30,795 nucleotides of DNA from a virus (taxonomy: Duplodnaviria > Caudoviricetes). The stretch covers positions 1 to 30,795 of the IMG/VR virus record IMGVR_UViG_3300023059_000018; one strand, 5' to 3'. Under the pieces are notes generated by a model. It ran no database searches and was not told where the DNA came from. It worked only from the letters and a program-made list of their open reading frames with translations. Position numbers and translations under genes: made by a program. The stretch's first letter is position 1, and each line of letters opens with the position of its first letter. Below, piece by piece: positions 7,505 to 15,660 of this stretch.

Positions 7505-7665
7505 GTTTACGTTTAGAAGAAGTGATGGCAGAAATGAAGCTCATGTTTGCGTCATCCAAGGGTGTAAAGGGACTTCAAATTTATGATTATTTACCACACT
7601 TCGACAAACCACCAGCTCTTACTTTTGAGCAAGAGCGTATGCAAAAAATAAAAACGTCACGCTAA
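7348..7665 (+). CDS. -1 frameshift extension of the tail assembly chaperone (gpGT/T-like); not in the ORF track
   Basis: Open -1 frame from GGGAAAG to TAA at 7663-7665: GKADIEIDDREELLIEIAIATSRSIEEVK...WAAYRQKRGSLNIGLRLE...IKTSR. Predicted fusion is 209 aa. Confidence 0.85.
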   Translation, partial: GKADIEIDDREELLIEIAIATSRSIEEVKTTFTHKEIRTWAAYRQKRGSLNIGLRLEEVMAEMKLMFASSKGVKGLQIYDYLPHFDKPPALTFEQERMQKIKTSR

Positions 7666-7676
7666 TTATAACTAAT

Positions 7677-7710
7677 TTAAAAAAGCACTTTTCTAAAAGT
7701 GCTTTTTTAA
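7677..7710. terminator. Bidirectional terminator between gpT and the antisense moron
   Basis: TTAAAAAAGCACTTTT-CT-AAAAGTGCTTTTTTAA inverted repeat between convergent genes. Confidence 0.8.
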
Positions 7711-7716
7711 AATAAA

Positions 7717-8595
7717 TTAATAACTTTTTTCTGATGTAATGCTATATATATTTTTTGAACTATTAAATTGATATGTTTTTATTTTATTATATTTAACAAA
7801 TTTATCTGTTTTTCCATCTAAAATATCTCCTTTGAATTTAATTTCAATAGGGTAATTATTTAAATCAGGTTGATCCGTTTTAATTCTATATTCACCCTTA
7901 AAGCTATAATTTAAAGGTGAGTTTTGGTCGTAAGTGCCTTCATTACTTCCTTCAATAATATCAATATTGTATCCTTGAATAGTATCATCACCTAATTTAA
8001 TAAGATGCAGTAAAGTATCTGATCCGCCATAATTTGAATAGGTATATGAGTCGTCGAAGAAACCGACATCATTTTTACCTATTTTGACAATTCTTGAAGC
8101 TAGATTTTCAATATTTAAATTAATAATTCCATATTGACTTGGTGGGGTGTATGAATCTCTATTTTTAGAGACTAAATCAAAATTACCTTTATTGTTTTTC
8201 TTAAAAATCAAGAGGTCAGCATTACCTTCACAGGCATGACAACCTTCACTAAATTCATAGAAGTTCGAACTTTTTTCGACAAGTTTTCCGTTTTCAATTT
8301 CACTTACTGCTTTACCAATTTCACGTTTTTCAACAAAAATTAAATATCTATCTTCACCAGAGTTATTTTTAAAGGCTTCTGCGGGATGGAGTATGGCTAA
8401 ATATTCTTCACCATTTTCTTCGATTCCAATATGGGGAAGTTTAATTTCTTCTTCATCTTTACTTTCAAAAGTAGCATGAAACATAGATGGATAAAATGTC
8501 CGGAATATCGATTTTGTTTCTAAATCATCTACTGTTACTGCAAAAGAATGGTTAATTAAAAAAAATGAAGATAGCAGTAATAATTTTTGTTTCAT
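7717..8595 (-). CDS. Secreted/periplasmic hypothetical protein (moron, 292 aa)
   Basis: Sec-type signal peptide MKQKLLLLSSFFLINHSFA, a CHAC (CxxC) motif, very AT-rich, antisense within the tail operon. Confidence 0.85.
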   Translation of the reverse strand: MKQKLLLLSSFFLINHSFAVTVDDLETKSIFRTFYPSMFHATFESKDEEEIKLPHIGIEENGEEYLAILHPAEAFKNNSGEDRYLIFVEKREIGKAVSEIENGKLVEKSSNFYEFSEGCHACEGNADLLIFKKNNKGNFDLVSKNRDSYTPPSQYGIINLNIENLASRIVKIGKNDVGFFDDSYTYSNYGGSDTLLHLIKLGDDTIQGYNIDIIEGSNEGTYDQNSPLNYSFKGEYRIKTDQPDLNNYPIEIKFKGDILDGKTDKFVKYNKIKTYQFNSSKNIYSITSEKSY

Positions 8596-8682
8596 TGCCT
8601 TGATTAACTCTAGTATTTGTAAAGTATGCCCAATTTAGCAAAGCAGTAACTTGAAATCTAGTTAAATCATTATTTAATCATT

Positions 8683-8706
8683 AACGACCGAAAGGTCGTT
8701 TTTTTT
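8683..8706 (+). terminator. Intrinsic terminator before the tape measure gene
   Basis: AACGACC-GAAA-GGTCGTT plus T tract. Confidence 0.75.
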
Positions 8707-8720
8707 GCCTGGAGATAAGT

Positions 8721-11700
8721 ATGGCTACAACTAACTTAGGAAGTCTAAGCATAGACCTAGTTGTTAATATTGGTAATTTTGTTGAGCCTATTAACCAGGC
8801 AGAACGTAAAGCTAAATCAGCCAGTGAAACTATTGCTCAAAGTTTTAAAACAATTGGCTCTACCATGAAATCTGTCAGTGATTTTATGAATAATCAGATT
8901 GTTGCCGGCCTCACATCGACCGTAACACGTGTAATTGATACTGGTAGTGAAATCAAAAAGTTGGCTCAGCTAGCCAATACAAGTACTTCGTCCTTTCAGT
9001 ATTACGCAAAAGGTGCAGAAACTGTAGGAATTAGCATGGATAAATTTGCAAACCAGTTAAAAGGTATGCAACAAAATATCGGCAATTTCCAACAGACTGG
9101 AGGTGGTCCATTAGCTGATTTTTTTAAAAACATTGCACCTCAAGTTGGGGTAACAATTTCTCAATTCCAGAAACTTTCAGGCCCAGATGCATTACAGCTT
9201 TATTATGATTCTCTTGTTAAAGCAAATGTTAGTCAGGAGAGTATGCGGTTTTATATGGAAGCCCTTATTTCTGGCTCGACGGCATTAATTCCTCTACTCG
9301 AAAATGGTGGGGCTGGATTTAAAAAATGGGGAGATACAGCACAAAAAGCTGGCATCATTATGGATGATGCGATGATAAAAAAACTAACACAAGCCAAAGA
9401 AAACTTACAAATAATGGATTTGCAATGGCAGGGTGTCCAAGCCACTATGGTCAATGGAATTATGCCTGTATTTATTGCTGTCACTTCTCATATGGACACC
9501 ATTACTGCAGCAGCGGTTGGTTTGGGGGCTGCTCTAAGCGTTAAACTTGCAGTACAAGCTGCTATGGTAGCCAAAGAGTTTGCTATGTGGGCAATTGAAG
9601 GTGTACGCACTGTTGCAACTTTTGCAAGTGTTACAGCAGCTTCATTAGAGACTACAACTGCAATGGGTGTATTAAGAGGGGCTATGGCATTTCTTGGAGG
9701 ACCTGTTGGTTTAGGTCTTCTGGCTGTACAAGCTCTTGCTGCCGGTGCAGCTTTTCTCTTTATGAAAAATAGTAATGATGAGGCTGCTAAATCTTTAAAT
9801 GAACAGGGAGTTTCAATTGCTGAAATAATTAAAAAATATCAAGAGTTAGATACGGCCTCGCAAAGAACTCAGATGCGTGCTGAAAAAAAATCATTAGAAG
9901 AATTAAATCAAGAGTATGAAAAATCGAAGGGCACGTTAATTAGTATGACAATTGCTATTGGACGTCTGGATGGTTCTACTACTGAGGCATCTCGAACTGC
10001 TAGTGAATTAGCTATGAAGTTTAAAGAAGGGCAAATGACAACTAGTCAATTTGCTTTTGAAATTAATAAATTATCTGGCGTATCTGAAAAATCAAAAGCA
10101 AGAATTGATGAGCAAGCAGCAGCTTCAATTAAAGTCGGTCAAGAATTTACAAAACAAAAAGAAGTAATCAACTCTTTATTAAAGTCAACCGATGAAGCAA
10201 CAAAGAAACAAGGGAATTTAAATAAAGAGTTTTATGCTGCTGAACTAGCTTCAAATAGAGCTAAAGTCGGTTATGAACAATATCAAAAAACTTTTAATAC
10301 TGAATATAAGGATGTTAAAGGTCAGCAAGCGCTTTTCGACAAGTATGGCAAAAAGTTTTCTTCAGAACAAATGGAAAAAGTTTATGAGTGGGGAAAACGA
10401 TATAATTATGACTCTGCGCAAATGGCAACCCCAACAGCCCAAAAAGATTTGAAAGCCTCTTTAGACTTATTAAATTTAAATAAACAATTAAAAAGCCGGC
10501 AAGAAGACAAATTAAAACTAGAACAAAGATCAACTGAAGAAGCGAAAAAACAAGCAGAGTTAGCAAAAAAGCAAGCTATGGCTAGTGTTGTCATGGATCC
10601 TGCAACTAAAAACATGCTAAGCGTTTATCAAGCCTTTATGAACACAGGCGTGCTGAATGAGAAACAGGCTAAATATTTTACTGCGGAAGTTGGAAGGGAA
10701 AATGATTTTCGTAGTTCAAAAATGTTTGGAAGTCATAAAGATAAAAATAATGGTTTTACTAACGTAGGAATTTTTTCTTGGCAAAAGGATAGAGCGACAG
10801 ATCTAATGAGCTTTTTATCAAAAAAAGGTCTCCTTGATAGCTCAGGCAATATTAAACCAACACAAGAGGCTCTAAATGCACAGGCAAAATATGCTATAAA
10901 CAACGAAATTTTTACAAATAAGCGATTTACTAAATCTAAAAAGGCATTAATGAAAAATGCTGATTATAAAGAATTAGAGAGTACGGTGGGTAATAACTTT
11001 ATTGGTTGGGATTATGACGGTAATAAGATCAACGCCCGACCTCATCACAAGAAACGAGATAATTATTACAATAAAATTAACTTATTGCTTGGGAAAAATG
11101 GAGATGAAAGTTATGCATTAGAGGCTTTAAAAAATGTACAAAATTCTGATGATGAGCAATATCAAGCATCCCTTACTCAAGCTGCGAATGAAAAAGCTTT
11201 AAAAAGAAAATATTATACTGAGCTGGAGAGAATCTTAGCAGATAGTGAAGATGACAAGGCTGAGATTATTAAAACTATTCCAGAAGGTCCTGAACGAACA
11301 AGATTATTAGATCTTCGTCAGAAGGAATATGACAAAGCAATGGAGAGTTATATTGCTGCAGAAGATGAAAAAATAAAGATTCAAAATCAGGCGATTCAAA
11401 GTACTAAAGATAGAATTGATCAAATGAATCAATCTAGTACTGAAACTTGGGTGAGAACAACTCTTACTCCAGATGAGTTAAAAAATTGGAATTTTCAAAA
11501 TGAATTTGAAACTAAACAGACTAATTTGTGGGATGGATACCAAAATATAAATGAATCAATTAATAGTAATGAAAACTTATCAGAGACTGATAAATATCAA
11601 ATGCTTAAAGATGCACATCAAGCATATGTCGATGCAAAATTTGCAATGGATGTTGAATATGATACAAAGTCTCGAGAGTTACAAAATAGTTTAAATATAG

Positions 11701-12353
11701 AAAATTTAAATAATTATGCAACCATGTTTGGAGATATGGCTGGGTTAGCTAAAGCTTTTGGGGGAGAGCAATCTAATACATATAGAACACTGTTTGCTAT
11801 GCAAAAAGGATTTTCATTAGCAAGTGTAATTTTATCTAGTTCTGAAGCAATTGGTAAAGCATGGGCATCAGCAGCTTTTCCTTATAACATACCCGCAGTG
11901 GCAATGGCTGTGGCCCAAACAGGTGTATTAAAAGCAGCAGTGTCCGCTGTTACTCCACAAGGCTTTGCAACTGGTGGACAAATTAGAGGTTTAGGAAATG
12001 GTTTAAGTGACAGTATTCCTATCTGGGCTTCTAATGAAGAGTTCATGATTAAACAATCTTCAGCTAAAAAGATTGGCTTGGATAATCTTAATTATATGAA
12101 CCAAACAGGTGAGTTGCCTCAAACAGAGTCAAGTCAGATTATTGTGCCTCAGCTTGCTGAACTTCCGTCAACAGGAAGTGCTATTAATGCTCCTGTGTCA
12201 GTAAATGTGACAGTAAACTCAGATGGTAGTAGTCAGGTCGACTCATCTGGGCAATATAAATTAGTTGGAGAAGTGCTTGGGAATACAATTCGACAAGTCT
12301 TACTTCAAGAATTACGTCAAGGTCGGATTTTATATAATGCGATTCGTGGTTAA
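8721..12353 (+). CDS. Tail tape measure protein with internal phage-tail-lysozyme-like domain
   Basis: GGAG RBS. N-terminal LGSLSIDLVVN, a long helical Ala-rich body, a hydrophobic LGGPVGLGLLAV segment, and C-terminal GFATGG...SDSIP...SNEEF. Internal AEVGREN...GIFSWQKDR...AQA segment at about 10615-11080. Confidence 0.93.
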   Translation: MATTNLGSLSIDLVVNIGNFVEPINQAERKAKSASETIAQSFKTIGSTMKSVSDFMNNQIVAGLTSTVTRVIDTGSEIKKLAQLANTSTSSFQYYAKGAETVGISMDKFANQLKGMQQNIGNFQQTGGGPLADFFKNIAPQVGVTISQFQKLSGPDALQLYYDSLVKANVSQESMRFYMEALISGSTALIPLLENGGAGFKKWGDTAQKAGIIMDDAMIKKLTQAKENLQIMDLQWQGVQATMVNGIMPVFIAVTSHMDTITAAAVGLGAALSVKLAVQAAMVAKEFAMWAIEGVRTVATFASVTAASLETTTAMGVLRGAMAFLGGPVGLGLLAVQALAAGAAFLFMKNSNDEAAKSLNEQGVSIAEIIKKYQELDTASQRTQMRAEKKSLEELNQEYEKSKGTLISMTIAIGRLDGSTTEASRTASELAMKFKEGQMTTSQFAFEINKLSGVSEKSKARIDEQAAASIKVGQEFTKQKEVINSLLKSTDEATKKQGNLNKEFYAAELASNRAKVGYEQYQKTFNTEYKDVKGQQALFDKYGKKFSSEQMEKVYEWGKRYNYDSAQMATPTAQKDLKASLDLLNLNKQLKSRQEDKLKLEQRSTEEAKKQAELAKKQAMASVVMDPATKNMLSVYQAFMNTGVLNEKQAKYFTAEVGRENDFRSSKMFGSHKDKNNGFTNVGIFSWQKDRATDLMSFLSKKGLLDSSGNIKPTQEALNAQAKYAINNEIFTNKRFTKSKKALMKNADYKELESTVGNNFIGWDYDGNKINARPHHKKRDNYYNKINLLLGKNGDESYALEALKNVQNSDDEQYQASLTQAANEKALKRKYYTELERILADSEDDKAEIIKTIPEGPERTRLLDLRQKEYDKAMESYIAAEDEKIKIQNQAIQSTKDRIDQMNQSSTETWVRTTLTPDELKNWNFQNEFETKQTNLWDGYQNINESINSNENLSETDKYQMLKDAHQAYVDAKFAMDVEYDTKSRELQNSLNIENLNNYATMFGDMAGLAKAFGGEQSNTYRTLFAMQKGFSLASVILSSSEAIGKAWASAAFPYNIPAVAMAVAQTGVLKAAVSAVTPQGFATGGQIRGLGNGLSDSIPIWASNEEFMIKQSSAKKIGLDNLNYMNQTGELPQTESSQIIVPQLAELPSTGSAINAPVSVNVTVNSDGSSQVDSSGQYKLVGEVLGNTIRQVLLQELRQGRILYNAIRG

Positions 12354-12450
12354 AAAGTATCAACTTAGTTTTAAAAATAATAGCTTAATGAGATTATTAA
12401 ATTTGACATAATTTGAACTAAATATTTTAAATCAAATTTATTAATTTATA

Positions 12451-12500
12451 GTTTCTTTCTTCTGAAAACTAAAGTATAGTGTAACTAAGATGGTCGAATT
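12451..12500 (+). promoter_or_regulatory. Putative late promoter pR'/qut, copy 2
   Basis: TTTCTT (12452-12457) - 17 bp - TATAGT (12475-12480) - TAAGAT-GG (12486-12493). Ungapped 38/50 identity to 5309-5358. Confidence 0.7.
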
Positions 12501-12520
12501 ATGATTTCGATGCAAAGACT

Positions 12521-12554
12521 AAAAGCTAACTTTAAAATTAAAGTTAGCTTTTTT
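12521..12554 (+). terminator. Terminator directly after promoter copy 2
   Basis: AAAAGCTAACTTTAA-AA-TTAAAGTTAGCTTTTTT. Confidence 0.8.
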
Positions 12555-12743
12555 ATTTCTAATGCTCTTATTTTGAAATATTCAGCTTTTTATGAAATAT
12601 AAGCTTAATAGTTGTTTTAAATTATTCTAATAAATCTAATTTGGTCTTTTATTTTTAATAGGTTAAGTAATAACTTATTTGTCACATAAATATTATGTGA
12701 ATAAATATTTAAATAGCTTCTCTATATATTTTAGGAATATTTT

Positions 12744-13085
12744 ATGAGTACACTTAAGTTTACTTGGACTCAAGATTTAGATGGTAACTCCCAAAAAAAT
12801 ACATTTAATGTCTTAAATACGAATTTTGGGGATGGTTATGAACAAACCGTAAGTATTGGTATTAATAATTGTTCTCGGCAGTGGCAATACACTAAAACTG
12901 ATGTCGAAAAAAATATTATAGAGATCAAAAACTTTTTTGACCTACATAAGGGTTCAAAATCATTCCTTTGGGATTCGCCGTTAGATGGTGAAGTACGTGT
13001 AAAAGTGGGTGAATATCAACCTGTCCATTTAGGTGGTGGTTGGTGGCGCATTAGTACAACATTTACCCAAGTTTATTATCCTTAA
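12744..13085 (+). CDS. Distal tail protein (lambda gpM-like)
   Basis: FGDGYEQ...GINN and FFDLHKG.KSFLW motifs, 113 aa, follows the tape measure gene. Confidence 0.92.
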   Translation: MSTLKFTWTQDLDGNSQKNTFNVLNTNFGDGYEQTVSIGINNCSRQWQYTKTDVEKNIIEIKNFFDLHKGSKSFLWDSPLDGEVRVKVGEYQPVHLGGGWWRISTTFTQVYYP

Positions 13086-13102
13086 ATACTTGTTCACTTA
13101 TG

Positions 13103-13126
13103 AGCCCCTTAAAAGGGGCTTTTTTT
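13103..13126 (+). terminator. Intrinsic terminator
   Basis: AGCCCCTT-AA-AAGGGGCT plus T tract. Confidence 0.75.
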
Positions 13127-13138
13127 ATGGAAATAAAT

Positions 13139-13858
13139 ATGTCTCTCGTCAGTGATTTTCAAAAACTTGAAGTAGATGGAATAATTACTCTTTATGAGTT
13201 AGATGCAAGAAATCTTGGTGCGGGTATTTTGCGATTTCATGGCCATTCTAGTTTTAAAGATAATGGTGAATGGAAGCCAAATATCATTTGGCAGAGTGAA
13301 ACTTATGAACCATTAGCAATTAAAGTTTCTGAATTAGAGCTGCGTTCAGATGGAAAAGCATCTAGTCCAACTTTGGCAATTGCAAATAATATTAATGGTA
13401 TTCAAGGAGCTGTTTCAGCTTATTGTTTACAATTTAAAGATTTTGCTGATGCTAAATTAAAAGTCATTACCACAATGGCTAAATATCTAGACGCATTAAA
13501 CTTTTCTGCTGGTAATACAAATGCAGCAAATGAATCAAAAGAACAAATTTGGTACATAGAACAGAAAACTTCTGAAAATGCTCAGCAAGTCACATTTGAA
13601 CTTTCTAATCCGATAGATAACGAAGGGCGAGAAATTCCTGTTAGGCAGATTACTTCACTTTGCGAGTGGGCTTGTAAAGGACGTTATCGAGGTGAAGAGT
13701 GTGGCTATACAGGCACGGCAATGTATACAGAAAAAGGTGAACTCACTGATGACCCAGCCCAAGATAAGTGTGGAGGTCGTTTACGAGATTGTCGTTTGCA
13801 TTTTGGTGAAACCCAGCCTTTATCTTACGGCGGCTTTCCAGCTTCAAACTTGATGTAA
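13139..13858 (+). CDS. Tail tip/hub protein (lambda gpL-like)
   Basis: LYELD, VTFELSNPID, C-terminal Cys cluster (C.W...YRGEECGYTG...DKCGGRLRDC) and GGFP ending. Start placed at 13139 because the ORF-track start lies inside the terminator. Confidence 0.93.
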   Translation: MSLVSDFQKLEVDGIITLYELDARNLGAGILRFHGHSSFKDNGEWKPNIIWQSETYEPLAIKVSELELRSDGKASSPTLAIANNINGIQGAVSAYCLQFKDFADAKLKVITTMAKYLDALNFSAGNTNAANESKEQIWYIEQKTSENAQQVTFELSNPIDNEGREIPVRQITSLCEWACKGRYRGEECGYTGTAMYTEKGELTDDPAQDKCGGRLRDCRLHFGETQPLSYGGFPASNLM

Positions 13859-13870
13859 AGCAGGTCCATT

Positions 13871-14620
13871 ATGAAACTTTCAGCAAAAATTAAAAAAGCA
13901 ATTATGGTGCATGCTGATGAATGCTATCCACTTGAATGCTGTGGTGTGGTTGTAGATCGCCAATATATTCCTTGTCGTAATATCTCTACTCAAAATGATC
14001 AATTTGAAATCCATCCTGAAGATTTATCTATGATTGAAGATCAAGGTGAAATTCAGGCGTATGTTCATAGTCATCCAGATGGAACTACACGTGCTTCGGA
14101 ATTAGACTTAACACAAATTGAGTTACATAAAAAACCTTGGGTAATCTGCTCGTATCCAAATATTGATTTTCAAATATATGAACCATTTGGTTATAAAGCA
14201 CCATTGGTAGGGCGTAATTATTATCATGGTTGGCAAGATTGTTATTCATTAATCCGTGATTTTTATAGCCGTGAACTCGATATTTCATTAATTGATTTTG
14301 ATCGAGAAGATGCTTGGTGGGAACAAAAAGATCACCCTTCACTCTATTTAGAAAATTATGAACAAGCTGGTTTTTATGAAGTCTCACAACCTAAATATGG
14401 TGACATGCTTATTTGTAGAGTAGGACGCACGGAACATCCTAATCACGCATTAATCTGGCTGGGTGACCAAGGACGATTTAAATCTGAACAAACAGAATCA
14501 TGTATTGGTTCATCTTTAATTCTTCATCATCCTTATGGGCGTAAGTCTGTCAGAGAGATTTATGGACCACAATGGTTAGATCGAACCGTGAAGATTTTAA
14601 GACACAAAAAAATGAATTAA
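13871..14620 (+). CDS. Tail assembly protein (lambda gpK-like; JAB/MPN plus NlpC/P60)
   Basis: YPLECCG and HSHPD...S..D JAB motif. DCYSL...NHALI...LHH NlpC/P60 residues. Confidence 0.93.
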   Translation: MKLSAKIKKAIMVHADECYPLECCGVVVDRQYIPCRNISTQNDQFEIHPEDLSMIEDQGEIQAYVHSHPDGTTRASELDLTQIELHKKPWVICSYPNIDFQIYEPFGYKAPLVGRNYYHGWQDCYSLIRDFYSRELDISLIDFDREDAWWEQKDHPSLYLENYEQAGFYEVSQPKYGDMLICRVGRTEHPNHALIWLGDQGRFKSEQTESCIGSSLILHHPYGRKSVREIYGPQWLDRTVKILRHKKMN

Positions 14621-14642
14621 ACCGCCGCAAGGCAAAATCCCT

Positions 14643-14667
14643 AAAACCTGCGAATGCAGGTTTTTTT
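14643..14667 (+). terminator. Intrinsic terminator
   Basis: AAAACCTGC-GAAT-GCAGGTTTTTTT. Confidence 0.75.
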
Positions 14668-14689
14668 ATTTTCTAAAGAGGTAATTTCA

Positions 14690-14878
14690 ATGGCAACTCA
14701 AGCAGCAAAACAAGTTTCAGTACTGGAAGCAGAACTCGTAACTCAATTTAGTAATCAGGTGAATGCTATTCAATTCAATAAAGGTATGACACTTGAAAAT
14801 TTAGTCCTAACGTATAACCGAGAAACAGGGTTCTCTATTTTAATTGAAGAAGTTCAAGCTCCAACAGAAGCTCTCTAA
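14690..14878 (+). CDS. Small acidic hypothetical protein (62 aa) inserted between K and I
   Basis: GAGGT RBS, ATG at 14690, flanked by hairpins on both sides. Confidence 0.65.
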   Translation: MATQAAKQVSVLEAELVTQFSNQVNAIQFNKGMTLENLVLTYNRETGFSILIEEVQAPTEAL

Positions 14879-14887
14879 TTTTAAATT

Positions 14888-14920
14888 TAAGGAGATATTC
14901 GATTGAATATCTCCTTTATT
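14888..14920 (+). terminator. Hairpin/terminator before gpI
   Basis: AAGGAGATATTC-GATT-GAATATCTCCTT followed by TATT. Confidence 0.6.
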
Positions 14921-14937
14921 AAATCCAGGATAATCTC

Positions 14938-15600
14938 ATGTTAAAAACAATCAAACTATATGGTGTATTAGCTGAAAAATTTGGAAAGCAATTTCAATTA
15001 GATGTTGTGAATACTCGTGAAGCTATGCGTGCATTATCAGTTCAAGTTCCGGGTTTTGAAAGTTTTATGTTACGTGCTCATGAGTCTGGACTTAAATTTG
15101 CAGTATTTTTAAATAATAAGAATTCTAAATATAAAAACAAACAATCTTCAATTTATGATCCTGATTCAAAACAACAGATTGAAGGAGATAATATCTCTGA
15201 AGATCAATTAGATATGAATACCCAAGCCGATACCATTCATATTGTCCCCCGTGTGATAGGTGCTGGTGGTGGTGGTGGTGCTTTACAAGTGGTGTTAGGC
15301 GTAGTGATGGTTGCAGCAGCATTTATTACAGGCGGTGCCTCAATTGCAGCATGGGGAGCCGTACAGGCTGGACTTTTTGGAGCGGGAGTCGGGATGATGT
15401 TGGGAGGAGTTGCATCAATGTTAATGCCCGCAGTTTCAACTACTCAAGACCAAAACCAAGATGGTAACAGAGCAAATAAAGGATTTGGTAGTGCAGTAAC
15501 GACAGTAGCTCAAGGAAATCCTGTACCTGTTCTGTATGGTCAGCGTGAAATTGGTGGATTTATTATCAGTGCAGGGCAGTACCCTGAAGACCAACTTTAA
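14938..15600 (+). CDS. Tail assembly protein (lambda gpI-like)
   Basis: IKLYGVLAEKFG, EAMRAL, IHIVPRVIGAG, a Gly-rich hydrophobic stretch and QGNPVPVLYG...GFIISAG. Confidence 0.93.
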   Translation: MLKTIKLYGVLAEKFGKQFQLDVVNTREAMRALSVQVPGFESFMLRAHESGLKFAVFLNNKNSKYKNKQSSIYDPDSKQQIEGDNISEDQLDMNTQADTIHIVPRVIGAGGGGGALQVVLGVVMVAAAFITGGASIAAWGAVQAGLFGAGVGMMLGGVASMLMPAVSTTQDQNQDGNRANKGFGSAVTTVAQGNPVPVLYGQREIGGFIISAGQYPEDQL

Positions 15601-15621
15601 TCAAAAAATAGGTTTTGTTCT

Positions 15622-15644
15622 AGGCGCTCATCAGCGCCTTTTTT
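15622..15644 (+). terminator. Intrinsic terminator before gpJ
   Basis: AGGCGCT-CATC-AGCGCCT plus T tract. Confidence 0.75.
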
Positions 15645-15660
15645 ATGCGTGAGATTTATT

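Noticed and set aside
14623-14633. GCC-GCAA-GGC hairpin as a boxB/nut site
   Set aside because: The stem is only 3 bp, and there is no boxA or N-like gene.
5307-15600. R-type tailocin, eCIS or T6SS
   Set aside because: No sheath, baseplate wedge or VgrG/PAAR spike is present. The tip genes are lambda M/L/K/I/J type.
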